Shown: piece by piece, positions 12,001-19,092 of the stretch | How positions within the stretch are numbered: position 1 is the first letter of the stretch | Layout of the letters: every line of letters begins with the position of its first letter | Virus record (IMG/VR): IMGVR_UViG_3300031519_004372 | Location: 32,001 to 96,000 of that record | Strand: one strand, 5' to 3' | DNA: 64,000 nt | DNA from: a virus | Notes under the pieces: generated by a model | The model's input: the letters and a program-made list of their open reading frames with translations, nothing else | Told to the model about the DNA's origin: nothing | The model's database searches: none | Program-made: the position numbers and the translations under genes

Positions 12001-13213
12001 TAGCACTTTGTTCAATAACAGATTTATGAAACCACCTATTGTACCTACTCCATAAATTTCCGTCAATTGCACTACGATTAATTAACATATAATCTCGTAC
12101 AGTAGGATATCCAATTGCAGTATCAAATGGCTGTCTGTCAAATCCTGCAATATCAAATTGTACGTCTACGTCTTTAACAAATGCACTAGGAACTGTTAGT
12201 AAATTTTGATTAACAAGAACAATTTTATCGCCAACTCCTTCAACATAATATTCTCCTGTAGCATATTTTGCTGGCGTTACGTCTCCAATAAAGCTAATTT
12301 TCATTCCATTAGTTAAACTAAATCCTTCACCTGTAGTATATGTCTTCTTTCCTAATATTTCAGCATCAATGTCAATTGCTGACGACTCTTCTATATTAGC
12401 AACCTTTATTAAACCTGCTGCTTCTATATCATTATCAGCAACATAATATAATGTATCTGGAGTAGTAGCAGTTGGAGTAAATGTTATTGTACCTTTTTCT
12501 GTACCCTGATTATCAATTAGCGAATCATCAATTAAAAACGAGTTATCTAAATCACGCTTTGTTCTAAGTGTAAAGGGTAAACCCGGAGTGTCAATATCAA
12601 ACTTGTATGTAACGCCTCTAAATAATTTAATTGTTGGATTCTGCGTTAATCCATCTGGCGAAAATACATACCCAAAATTATCATCATTGTCAGCAGCTGA
12701 CACTGTATAGGTGCTAATTACTTCTGTAGATTGTCCTCGTACATTAACAACTTGTGGACCATTAGGTAACCAATAGTATTCTCTAAAATTAACAAACTTG
12801 TCCCAGTCAATGTGCGGGTTCCAAGCATAATATTCTTGTTTATTAGTAATACTGTGATCAGAAACCTTTGAGTTAAAGCCTGTTAACTGATTCATGTAAT
12901 CATTATAGTCTTTATAAAATGTTACATTTCCTAACTCATCTTTAATAATAGTTGCTGGTTCAAACTGATAATTTTTTCTACTAGTTGAAATATCACCAAC
13001 ATAATTGTCATCTTTAGTAAAAGACGCTGCTGTTTCTCTACCAAAATAACCATTAAGTTTTTCAGCAACTCCGGGCTGTATTAATTGGTCTAGTGTACTA
13101 GCTAAGAACTTACTGTTAGGTACTGTTCTAAAATACCTAGGTAAATGCCTTTCGCTTTTTCTTTTTGCGTTAGGATCGCTAGTGCCGCTAGACTGATTAT
13201 TGTCGAATGCCAT
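1..13213 (-). CDS. Giant virion structural protein (>4,400 aa, truncated at left edge); probable gp7-like baseplate wedge scaffold with beta-propeller (FG-GAP-like) segments
   Basis: ATG at 13213 with upstream AAGGA; N-term MAFDNNQSSGTSDPNAKRKSERHLPRYFRT. The same frame is open where I spot-translated: ~7790 (DDVSQYKFYQGFIQDKGTQNALTKLFD, resembling the FY..KGT gp7/P2 gpI-like motif), ~6800 (FASSISTNASNTTLVVGSPHEDDGKVYVY) and 2-60 (LDTVDISVFERPTGGSSII). Its absence from the ORF track fits no in-window stop. Lies directly downstream of gp6, as gp7 does in T4-like phages. Confidence 0.85.
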   Translation of the reverse strand, partial: MAFDNNQSSGTSDPNAKRKSERHLPRYFRTVPNSKFLASTLDQLIQPGVAEKLNGYFGRETAASFTKDDNYVGDISTSRKNYQFEPATIIKDELGNVTFYKDYNDYMNQLTGFNSKVSDHSITNKQEYYAWNPHIDWDKFVNFREYYWLPNGPQVVNVRGQSTEVISTYTVSAADNDDNFGYVFSPDGLTQNPTIKLFRGVTYKFDIDTPGLPFTLRTKRDLDNSFLIDDSLIDNQGTEKGTITFTPTATTPDTLYYVADNDIEAAGLIKVANIEESSAIDIDAEILGKKTYTTGEGFSLTNGMKISFIGDVTPAKYATGEYYVEGVGDKIVLVNQNLLTVPSAFVKDVDVQFDIAGFDRQPFDTAIGYPTVRDYMLINRSAIDGNLWSRYNRWFHKSVIEQSAILNEQPINVDESARAKRPIIEFEKGIKLFNFGTSIKQNVNLLDTYTKDVFSTIEGSTGYNIDGIDLIDGMRILFTADTDKLVNGRIFQVKFFNFDGPGIEVDQTIKQISLIDVTDSIPVTNEVVLITDGNTYKGLMYYYNGTSWKVAQTKTKVNQPPLFELFDENNNSYSDATIYDSTTFKGNKLFSYKEGTGSVDTEVGIPLSYRTITNVGDITFNFNLLNDYFEYRNIEELYYKNTDVGFLRTYSSISTYTNTNGWIKAPTDSTQPVIRNYVFDNTTNIFDIDVYENSAALADLNVTVFLNNVLKFKDVDYTLGISPNNLTTVTFLKPAFTSLTGLTDGDNIIIKTTSVASKNDNGYYDFPSNLERNPLNDNVNEFTLGEVNNHVTSIVENLSNFSGKFPGVGNLRDLGDITKFGNRFVKHSSPLNLAMYSILDQDSNIISSIRYARREYGKFKRLFLQTANDLGWEGPVKEHVDRILAEINKDKINSMPFFFSDMVPQGSVKRTSHIVDDNTQQYFAIAKVFSLDVPSRNSVQVYLNDMQLVHGKDYTFNSEGFCNVTKTKTKGDLLDIYEYETTNGSYVPPTPTKLGLYPSFVPSLYNDNTYQTPVNVIQGHDGSIIKAFNDFRDNLLLELEKRIYNNLKIKYDTSLFDIDSFKGGEFRTTDFNKSAVDSPMLADFIQWSSLVDTDYTENSYYDRLNSWTFNYSTMSSPNGNTLPGFWRAVYQQAYDTDRPHTHPWEMIGFTIKPNWWDTQYGPAPYTKDNLILWTDLQNGVVRAPGEKIKILNNYKRATLLTHIPVDENGTLLSPNDSGYAQNFNSGELNDSFKFGDYSPVETAWRRSSEYPFSLITSWTLNQPSKVLATGFDRVNQVRTLTKQIIYKADNNQIKLKSLIFPNTHLDSTQVYTSGLINYVAGYMASNVVLGYSKYKLDLTSITNQIGFKIAGYTDKNKFKLILDSRTPLNEGNVFVPEENYSIFLNKSSPVKTISYSGVMIERKSNGYKIKGYDNTSPIFKYFPVLPRDKDIVVTIGGASDPYIEFEAGRTYSTGVVVQNSGQFYRVTKSHTADVFNLDNFARLPSLPIRGGREITLRKEYATYAPLELPYGTILKTIEEVTDFLQGYGKYLESVGFVFDNYREEEGVVDDWQTSAKEFAYWTLHNWASGTLISVSPGASQLKFKSDYSVVDNIFDTFYGYTLVKVDGKKLTEDFVQLNRQDPNEFILTPKNTADGIYAIKLPLVQKEHVVLLDNKTVFNDTIYDLEPGYRQERIKVLGYRTANWDGSLNIEGFVYDQAKITNWESNKDYFIGDIIKQKEFYYTASQKVPGTQTFNPSFWNRLDEKPTPGLTPNFEYKTNQFADFYDLDSDNFDAEQQRMAQHLIGYQKRKYLENIINDDVSQYKFYQGFIQDKGTQNALTKLFDVLGNADKDSLEFYEEWAIKSGQYGASDGFDEVEYKLDETKFRLSPQPIELVKSVTGEETDLIYRIQPYETYLKPKKYTHAPFPEKYIAPEQGYVQDSGYVNQEDVNFVVKDYDAILNIDFSLCNRGNLIWVGNDKLTWNIYRHDDTNFNIESVVGGETEFTVVLTSTPQNILPGEIFGVYDLLSTTLSTEDSSFASAQTSKANIGAFFKVKSISLEKITFISSEAIEDIETCVGRLSKLVSVRTSTLTTLNVVAQKLANLKSKFWVDSADSNGWKVYENTQAFTKLQEVSSDTDLTGLDFASSISTNASNTTLVVGSPHEDDGKVYVYQRSSSNSNYLLTQTILAPTGIADSYKGFYEGLLYSINDIVKYNNNFYRVIVAHTSTEIFNESYHSLTSPDLQKFGESIELSDDGKFLIIGSPSASRVRTNYKQFYNETTAYVADDIISYNNKLWKATTAIIPESDNVQFSSFTSVVQTSETIGNITEQSQKINILLTGNYPFTNITTNHVLVRAPKFMYAGIDINDSIKLKWNTKTIANQNQTSYTALEPFAGSGMTALNSSFFTGEHTIQLKVDLIFKINSFTNQPTVGSTVSTQTGTGTVAYVFEVDGSLGIYLNNISGSFAQTDSLFLFGGDFVGEYTTAAPSETIDVDSYYGGYWMIAVPVTYQVSSVTTSDAGHGLVYQDAITDSSVSNKYYYNSRDYETATVDSENTKASEIVSLSYQGLPGAGGSTDPFLSSLFVMRAPKVLTDTLSPADTIKCYMPSLLRYDGTGNNPEAIGLLNTDFTKTLTVTELWDGYIKFKFTKFNLFGEPYEPRIGDIVEDVTTGAQAEVTYMRRSALNVVVFVKNVTGNWSKGFIFGNNAEIRFLGDPLDPSPIYQVDRVMGEIYGVSLGLDSEGIGKLLVIDAGRNIPVTGRTPTTWENSASDNFEYWFYQADTVAGVPVAANIPSVTNNDWINVYNIPAVKLADPGQHFHQGMFSIYTTVGSNIFSYVNSYIGPGVQGDDFYFGSDVKLSKLNNLYKLFIRAGQNFKTNREFLKSGTTLDDSTFIPGRVYFVNYGTDEEGNVWNWELSKDKKFQGEFADSLSYQTNDLVYINGSIFKANTNLSPGIFNGAEWTQQTTPIDYIGYIPNDKEILPLFDSADPSTVLDQGSLFNFNKMAVSKDGEVLIGLAQYENNSTTPAQVVVYRNNNGNFQRHQTIAQTDLPVNEDDIWNDNTNWGGSIDISSDGNMIAISEPQAEVKRTDEDPTKVTNDQGRVFILVKSKTTGFFELSQTLYSRSNESVELFGNTLSFSNNILAIASKNADIVSPATFDALATTFDNNFTLFAKTFIDTGVVYVYENIDDTLVYGQTLSYITDGSTEVPKNFGANLYANNDHVYVGLPNQSVEAGNVGAVVDYKKPNTKNIWEVHSNPKKTVDLNKIKKLFLYDTKENKLVTYLDYIDPLQGKIAGIAEQELSYKLHYDPAIYTIGTDEVTVSNSDVWNRDQVGRLWWDLSTCKFLNPYQNNTIFSSSIWNTQFTGNSIDVYEWIETTLLPSEWNEIAITDDGVVEGITGLTKYDDTVYASKRIYDSISQTFSLKYFYWVKGKITTPDVADRTISSFNVARYIDNPAGMGYKFVNFITPTSFVLHNCESLLKDTDVALSTQYWKIENQNINIHNQYQLFTAGLDTSKPNYDIERKWFDSLIGYDTAGRTVPDPNLSVKERYGILNNPRQSWFVNKNEAFKQVIDRVNGVLLKNLIIDDKIITPLLSKQEIPVSTSSSFDITVDTYQDLSFVGSAKVSQATLTPVFVDGKIVRVTITDPGRGYKVVPNVQIYGSNETPAAIALTLNSVGSVISATVTNQGSGYSEQYTTLFVRRFTALVKSDSTIQGKWALYERNIKNTEWTRKLSQSYDTSLFWNYIDWYDEGYNIFTEIDHLIDSTYQLESLDDTTGDIIKISNVGTGGWLLLEKIDNSSSIDYTISYKTVGRQNGTIKFLPTLYNAGISSGFDSISYDIKVYDSQPVQESRIILKALRDNLFVDELAIEYNNLFLSSLKYVFSEQKLVDWAFKTSFIKAKHNVGDLSKKITFQNDNLPSYEEYLKEVKPFKSKLREYISDYNYLNVSGNLVTDFDLPPRWNDITKSITPQNVKVIDNVIVGTNADLTTYPNKNWLDNIAYQVKSIVIADAGSGYTQPPIISFVGQDQSSTDTGSGAKAIAKLGRGGKIESIELVSSGSGYLNPPIVEINGSMSEGGTQAKLIAYIGNGLVRGMHSTIKFDRVSGSFVITKLTEVETFTGTGNKFIFDLIFPMDLRTNTIEINIGGELALQSEYTYTNIKDVTKGYDRYSGRVTFTVPPKFGQLISITYKKPVELLTAADRINLFYDTQSGKFGKDLSQLMDGIDYGGVEVKSFEFGGTTGWDALPWYTDSWDTYDTTYEDEVFKLDGSTSSITLSKALENGIVYNIYKNGVRIDDPNYPSSQTNPNAICQSITGNGTTTTIFLDGDGLGIDESVSSTDIIIIRKTTSDGSFINDPESYDTTIEGGNIAYTTATGLKAEDITIDGDGFVTPTTSKGPEEIVPGQVLDTVDISVFERPTGGSSII

Positions 13214-13232
13214 TTAATTCTTTCCTTGAAAT

Positions 13233-16200
13233 TTATACACTTTTTATTCCAGAAGATACTGTTGTTGTTGCTGTAGAAATAGTTCCACTAGCTCGTAATC
13301 TACTTGCTGTAATAGCGTCTATAACGTCGACATTATTAACAGTTGCTCCGCTTATAAAAATTTGATCGCTTTCTGCTTTAATTTCAAATAAGCTGCCAAA
13401 TGTTTGACTTGTTTGTGTAGGGACAATTAAAAATGTTACTAGGTCCGGTGTAAGTTCAGACATTACGTAGTTTGCCATTTCTGAAAAGAAAAACTTATCG
13501 CCAAAGTCCCAATTTTCTAGTGCAAAATATTCATTAATTGCTGCAATAATTCTTGACTTAATGTCGTTATCGTTTAACACAAGATCTGGATTCTTAACCA
13601 CTTTGAATGATGCTTGCAAATCTGCTGTTGCCTTATTACCAAATAATACTTTGTACGTAACTGGATGATAAATTATCTCATCACTTAATGACTTAATCTT
13701 AGATAATTCTGTATTATAAGAAAGAGCTAATGCATCTGAACTTGCTGGTAATGGTTCTTTTGCACTTCCGTTTAAAAACGCTCTAAAATCTGTATCATAA
13801 CTTCTAGTTAAAATATAAGTATCAATTAAATTACTTGAACTAGGATCAAGTCTTGAACTATCATCTGCACCATGAACATAATAGAAAGATATAGCTTCTC
13901 TACCAATTCTTGCTCTGTAATCAGTAGTTTGTACTAATAATCCTAATGTACTATTATAGTTTTTAAACACGTTAGTTGTAGTAAAATAAAATAACTGCCC
14001 ATTTGTATATGTACTAAGTGGAGATAATAATGCTTCTGAACTTAATATTATTGGATATAATGTTTCAATCTTAATAAAATTATAATCTTCAACACCGTCT
14101 GTAGTAGTAACCTTTTCTTGGAATATATATTTTGTTAATGGATTAATTGTTTCATTTACTACAGTGTCAAAAACGTCCGGATCGTCGACTACTCCGTCAT
14201 CATCAGTATCAAAAAACGATACTTCTATCTTTTTACTATCTACATATCCTTCAGCATCTCTATATTCTTCTGTTAATTCCCAATCATAATCAATAGTAAA
14301 CGGAAGAGCACTATCGGGTTGAGTGTTTATATTTAAGATACTAATCCTATCCTTAACTATTTTACCAGTTAGGTTATTATAGATTTTGTCGCTAGAGTTA
14401 AAATAGAATCGTATTTCTTGATCGCTTTCAAAAATATACCTCATTGCTCTATTTTTAATTGTATACGTTTCGCCGTCGGTTTCAAACAATAACATCCAGC
14501 TTGAATCTAATTGTTGGTTTGAAACATCACCAGTTTTACCTGTACTAAAATCATTAGAAGTATTTAAATTATTTTCTGTAATAATTCTCCAAGACTGTGT
14601 ATCTGTACTATACCGAAGTCCAAATGTTTTATAAGCAAAGACTTGGTCAATTAATTGTGTTGCAACGTCAGTTGCTAAAGTTGCAGACAACCCCGGTCGA
14701 ATTTCTGATAAACGAGAACCACTAGGAATAACATCATTTAATGATACTGGTCCTAGTCCAGTAGTAGCAACTATAGATCCATCTCCAGTAACTGATGCTA
14801 TTTTAACCCATTTATAATTTACTACACCTTTTTTACCTTCATAACCAGTTATAGAAACTAAGTCAGTATTAAGGAAACTTTTTCCTACTGGAGGTAAAAA
14901 CTTAACCATTGTTCCAGGAACTATTAGTTTTAATAACGATGAAGTATACGATCCTAATTGAGATTTTATATCAGCTGAATTTTTAAAATATCCTGTACTT
15001 AAATTTGTAGCGTTTGTTAGTTGTGTCCAAGTTACTCCAAGATCTATTGAGGATATTTTAGGAAAATAATTATAATAATAATTTCTAATTTTTTTGTTAA
15101 CTAATATAGGCTCTATAGTATTAACAATTGCGCCTTCAATATCTGTTTTAGTAGAAAAAGTAAACGTTGTTTTAGGTATTAGTGTTTCTTTATATAATAC
15201 TCCGTCAGTGCCGTACAAACTAGTTTTACTATATTTTCCAGTAGCGTCTATTAAATCAAAATACCTACTAATACCGCTTGATGTTCTATTAATAGATTTT
15301 ACTTTAATGATCTCTTGGCTTATTCCCAATGGAGCAATTTGATAATCTTCAGCAGTAACCATTCTATTCTGTGTATAGTATGTTGATGGAGCATTTTGCT
15401 TAATACTTGCACTAGTTTCACTTGAAGTTGAGTTATCAACAGTATACTTTAATTCATAAGAAATTGTTAATGTTTCAATTTTATTATTAACTGATAGGTA
15501 AGGAACTGTAACAGTTATTCCTCGCATATCGTCTGGTGTAACAATAACTCTTTCATTTTTACTTACTCTATAAAATACACGGAAACTACCTTTTGGTAAT
15601 TTTCCAAATACTCCGTCGGAAAATATTAAACTAATTCTATCATCTACACGAGTTAACACACTGTAAATATTTTGTATATTTTTATCTAAACTATTATATA
15701 CTACATTATTACCTTCAACTGCATCAACCTTAGACCATAATTCAACTTCGTTTCCAAAACTATCTAATTTGTATAACCATACATCTGTATTATTAACATT
15801 AGTAGCATCAATAGCAACAACTTGGTTAGTGCTAGGAGTGTCTATTGTGAAAGTGCCTTCGTCTATCGACCCTTCTCTAAAATGACTAAAGAATCCAGTA
15901 TTTGAACTTGCATTTCCTCTGCCGTCATCTCGGTATAAAAATGCAAAGTTGTTTCCAGGGAACGGTGCTTCTTCTTGTATAACAGTATCAACAACATCTG
16001 TTGATACAATCTCAAATCTTACACTCCTACCGTCAACTGCTTTAGAAAAGCTATAAACTGGAACTTCGTCATTGGTACTAAGCATGCGATATTGTTGTGT
16101 TGGAATACCACTAGAAACATCTTTCTTAATAGGTCTTCCAAACTTTGCATTGGCTGGTAACGTTACATTCATAACTTTTATAAATTGCTCGTACCAATCT

Positions 16201-16649
16201 AAATTAGTAGGATCATTCCAAACAATTGTCTGCCTGGCTAAATTAACATTATTAGAATCTATAATTTCTTCTGATGTTGAAATACTTTCAATTTTAAGTA
16301 ATCCGTTTGCAGATTGATTACGTTTAGGATTGTAAGACAGTAAGCGAGCAAGACGGAGAACTGATTCTCTACGCTCTGCTAACTCTAAGTAATTTTCTCT
16401 TGCATTTAAATCAATGCGGAATGATATATTTTGACCCATATATGCAATTAAGTCAATTAATGCTAAGTATTCACTTGATTCAATATAGTCATTAAAATCT
16501 TCTGGATAATTTTCTCTCAAATAGTTAATCATTGTCCGACGGAGGTTTTCAAAGTCATAACTCTGAAAATCTGCATTACGGAATGACTGGTACACCCGTT
16601 TCCAGTCCTCTGCTAATAATAATCTATTTTGTCTATCTGTCGCTGACAT
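13233..16649 (-). CDS. gp6: Baseplate wedge subunit, T4 gp6-like (1138 aa)
   Basis: N-term DFQSYDFENLR...DFNDYIESSEYLALIDLIAY; later QNRMVTAEDY and a baseplate-J-like C-term (INEYFALENWDFGDKFFFSE); adjacent to gp25. Confidence 0.85.
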   Translation of the reverse strand: MSATDRQNRLLLAEDWKRVYQSFRNADFQSYDFENLRRTMINYLRENYPEDFNDYIESSEYLALIDLIAYMGQNISFRIDLNARENYLELAERRESVLRLARLLSYNPKRNQSANGLLKIESISTSEEIIDSNNVNLARQTIVWNDPTNLDWYEQFIKVMNVTLPANAKFGRPIKKDVSSGIPTQQYRMLSTNDEVPVYSFSKAVDGRSVRFEIVSTDVVDTVIQEEAPFPGNNFAFLYRDDGRGNASSNTGFFSHFREGSIDEGTFTIDTPSTNQVVAIDATNVNNTDVWLYKLDSFGNEVELWSKVDAVEGNNVVYNSLDKNIQNIYSVLTRVDDRISLIFSDGVFGKLPKGSFRVFYRVSKNERVIVTPDDMRGITVTVPYLSVNNKIETLTISYELKYTVDNSTSSETSASIKQNAPSTYYTQNRMVTAEDYQIAPLGISQEIIKVKSINRTSSGISRYFDLIDATGKYSKTSLYGTDGVLYKETLIPKTTFTFSTKTDIEGAIVNTIEPILVNKKIRNYYYNYFPKISSIDLGVTWTQLTNATNLSTGYFKNSADIKSQLGSYTSSLLKLIVPGTMVKFLPPVGKSFLNTDLVSITGYEGKKGVVNYKWVKIASVTGDGSIVATTGLGPVSLNDVIPSGSRLSEIRPGLSATLATDVATQLIDQVFAYKTFGLRYSTDTQSWRIITENNLNTSNDFSTGKTGDVSNQQLDSSWMLLFETDGETYTIKNRAMRYIFESDQEIRFYFNSSDKIYNNLTGKIVKDRISILNINTQPDSALPFTIDYDWELTEEYRDAEGYVDSKKIEVSFFDTDDDGVVDDPDVFDTVVNETINPLTKYIFQEKVTTTDGVEDYNFIKIETLYPIILSSEALLSPLSTYTNGQLFYFTTTNVFKNYNSTLGLLVQTTDYRARIGREAISFYYVHGADDSSRLDPSSSNLIDTYILTRSYDTDFRAFLNGSAKEPLPASSDALALSYNTELSKIKSLSDEIIYHPVTYKVLFGNKATADLQASFKVVKNPDLVLNDNDIKSRIIAAINEYFALENWDFGDKFFFSEMANYVMSELTPDLVTFLIVPTQTSQTFGSLFEIKAESDQIFISGATVNNVDVIDAITASRLRASGTISTATTTVSSGIKSV

Positions 16650-16671
16650 ATTTTACATCCTTCGTTATAAG

Positions 16672-16679
16672 TATTTATA
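16672..16679 (-). promoter_or_regulatory. T4-type late promoter (gp6)
   Basis: TATAAATA on the minus strand upstream of gp6. Confidence 0.8.
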
Positions 16680-16706
16680 GCATCTAGTTAAGTGCGTATA
16701 TTAAAA

Positions 16707-17156
16707 TTACGACTTTAAAAAGCCTGCATCTTCGTCAAATCGCATCCTTAATGTCTCTGAAATGTTAAACGGAAGATAAGTTATAGTACACTCTATTTGT
16801 ATTCCTTTTTCATACTGATCAATTACAATACGGTCAACGTTGGTCCTTGGATCACTGTTAACAATTTTTGTAACATTTTGTGTTATTGCTTCTTTCAATG
16901 TCTCAGTTAATGGCTCAAATAAAGCGTCCCATATAATTGTTCCAAACTCAGGATTACTAAGTTTTTCACCTTGCCTAATATGAAAATGATTGATTAAATC
17001 TTGCTTAATCAAAGATATATCGTATAAACTATAGGAAGCATTGTCAGGATTAACTGTACTCATTCCTCTATATGATGTTTTTGTATTAACATCATCTTTT
17101 CTAGCTTTTCCAGGAACAGTAATTTCTGAATATATTTTTTTCTCTATTGTGCTCAT
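16707..17156 (-). CDS. gp25: Baseplate wedge subunit gp25-like (sheath initiator)
   Basis: DISLIKQDLINHFHIRQGEKLSNPEFGTIIWDALFEP...DPR is the GPW/gp25 signature. Confidence 0.9.
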   Translation of the reverse strand: MSTIEKKIYSEITVPGKARKDDVNTKTSYRGMSTVNPDNASYSLYDISLIKQDLINHFHIRQGEKLSNPEFGTIIWDALFEPLTETLKEAITQNVTKIVNSDPRTNVDRIVIDQYEKGIQIECTITYLPFNISETLRMRFDEDAGFLKS

Positions 17157-17174
17157 AACGTATTTACCTTATTT

Positions 17175-17468
17175 TTAATCACCCACAAACACATCAGGCG
17201 ATCCTTGGGCTGTTACTGGTCCGCAGTGAGCACCACCCGCTGACGGGCATAAACTGTCTGGGCTTGCTCCGTCTGGTGTGTGGTTTACTACTAGTAAGTT
17301 ATTAATAAAAACAGCTTTAGATCCTGCAATTAGGGCGCCTCCGCCGTGTGTATTTGGATCACCGTTGACTGATACTAACAAGTTATTAACGTATACTTTT
17401 CCTTGCCCTGCAACTACTGTTGTTGCTCCACACGATCTTGCATCACTATGTCTATGTATAGCCGGCAT
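17175..17468 (-). CDS. gp5.4: PAAR-like spike tip protein (T4 gp5.4-like)
   Basis: 97 aa; MPAIHRHSD..CG, GDPNTHGGG, GSPDVFVGD with His/Cys metal ligands; immediately after gp5. Confidence 0.85.
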   Translation of the reverse strand: MPAIHRHSDARSCGATTVVAGQGKVYVNNLLVSVNGDPNTHGGGALIAGSKAVFINNLLVVNHTPDGASPDSLCPSAGGAHCGPVTAQGSPDVFVGD

Positions 17469-19078
17469 TATGTTGGTCCAACTTGTTGATTATCAGCTTT
17501 CTTTTGTGTAGGAGTTAACGGAGCTACAACACATTTCTTTTTCATAGTATCTTCAGTGGCGGCTTTCTTCTCAATTTCTTTAGCAGTAGCTGCAGCTGTT
17601 TTTGAAGTTGTACCCGAAGCTGTTGTACCTTTTGGATTTAATTTGTTTAAGGATATTGGATCTCCTCCGTTAGCAAGATCAGTACTACTATTGCTTGCTA
17701 AACTATCTGTTTTTGCCGGAGTGTGTTCTACCGGATCATAATTCTCATGTCCTGCCCATGGTTCAGCCTGTGGTGATCTAAACGGTAAGTTTGCTGTTTC
17801 AGCACCGGCTGCAACAGCTGCTGGTGGACCATTCATATCAATCTTAGTAGCAGTTTCTAAATGATGTTTGCTTGTAATATTAGTTGTTTTTCCTGCTGTA
17901 ATTTTTCCGTCTTCTCCTATAGAAATTTCCCAGTTTTTTGTAGAAGTTTGTCTAATAGTATTACCTACGTTTAAATCAAAATCTTTTCCAGCTTTTTGTC
18001 TAATATCAATTCCTGCTGTAAAGTTAATATCTCGTGCTGCTGAAAAGTTGATATCTCTATCAGCGGTTACATTATAATCATTTTCTGTATGCACACTTAC
18101 ACTGTCTTTTGCATAAATGTCAATTTTTCCGTTAGAGGTTAATTCAATCCAAGTTGTACCTCTAGCATTTCCAATGTAAATTAAATCTTCACTGTTGTGC
18201 AATAGTATTTGATGTCCTGTCCTTGTTTTTAAACGCACTAATTCGTTTTGTGGCAGCGTTGGATCGCCGCCTGTTTCTTTTTTCTCTACTGAAGTATACT
18301 CCGACTTTGAAGAAGCAGGTGATCCTTTACGCAAAAACGAAGCGTCACCGTCATCCATAACAAACGAGGATCCGCCAAGTCTACTAGATGGTGTTTGTGT
18401 TTGCTCGCCGGCGTTGCCGTAAGCTATTTTTGGTGCTCCTTTTCGACGATCATATGGCCCTGGCGTACTCATGCCAAACACCATACTAGGAACCTCTCTT
18501 CTAGCACTAGATGATGATAAACCTCTAGTATTATCTTCAATTAGTCCTGAATTTTTTAAAATTGCACATGCATCCATGTCGCACGGTTTTATAAATTGTG
18601 TAGGATCGCCCCCTTTGTGTTTTTTTAACCTTTTATTGTATTCGCCAACAGGAAGATTTTTTGTTTTGTCCTCTGAATTAAATGTTGTTCCGGCTCTGCC
18701 TGGAATCATAAAATTCATATAATCGTCAGGAACACATCCTATCCAATATCCTGCTCCGTGATTACCTTCAACAAATATCACTAATACTAAATTTCCAATG
18801 TCAGGCGGCACTGCCCACATTCCGTAGCTTTGTTGAGTGTTTGAAAAACCTTCATTTGCTGTTGTACCATTAAAAGGAGTTACTCCGTAAAAACCTGGAA
18901 GATATTTTACTTGAGTAGTTTGTCCTGTAGCTTCAGCATTGTTACCTTCTTCAGTTACTTTTAATAATTCAACTTCTAATCCGCCCATATAAGTCGTGTC
19001 AATATGACTAATTATTCTTGCTAGATAAGGTCCTGGGTTTCCAGTTAAATCTTCTGAAGTTCTTGTTAGCTGTGACAT
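17468..19078 (-). CDS. gp5: Baseplate central spike, gp5/VgrG-like
   Basis: OB-fold motif SYGMWAVPPDIGNLVLVIFVEG...GYWIGC; RLKTRTGHQILLHNSEDLIYIGNARGTTWIELTSNGKIDIYA followed by beta-helix-like repeats; next to PAAR. Confidence 0.8.
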   Translation of the reverse strand: MSQLTRTSEDLTGNPGPYLARIISHIDTTYMGGLEVELLKVTEEGNNAEATGQTTQVKYLPGFYGVTPFNGTTANEGFSNTQQSYGMWAVPPDIGNLVLVIFVEGNHGAGYWIGCVPDDYMNFMIPGRAGTTFNSEDKTKNLPVGEYNKRLKKHKGGDPTQFIKPCDMDACAILKNSGLIEDNTRGLSSSSARREVPSMVFGMSTPGPYDRRKGAPKIAYGNAGEQTQTPSSRLGGSSFVMDDGDASFLRKGSPASSKSEYTSVEKKETGGDPTLPQNELVRLKTRTGHQILLHNSEDLIYIGNARGTTWIELTSNGKIDIYAKDSVSVHTENDYNVTADRDINFSAARDINFTAGIDIRQKAGKDFDLNVGNTIRQTSTKNWEISIGEDGKITAGKTTNITSKHHLETATKIDMNGPPAAVAAGAETANLPFRSPQAEPWAGHENYDPVEHTPAKTDSLASNSSTDLANGGDPISLNKLNPKGTTASGTTSKTAAATAKEIEKKAATEDTMKKKCVVAPLTPTQKKADNQQVGPT

Positions 19079-19092
19079 TTAAAGTTCCTTTA

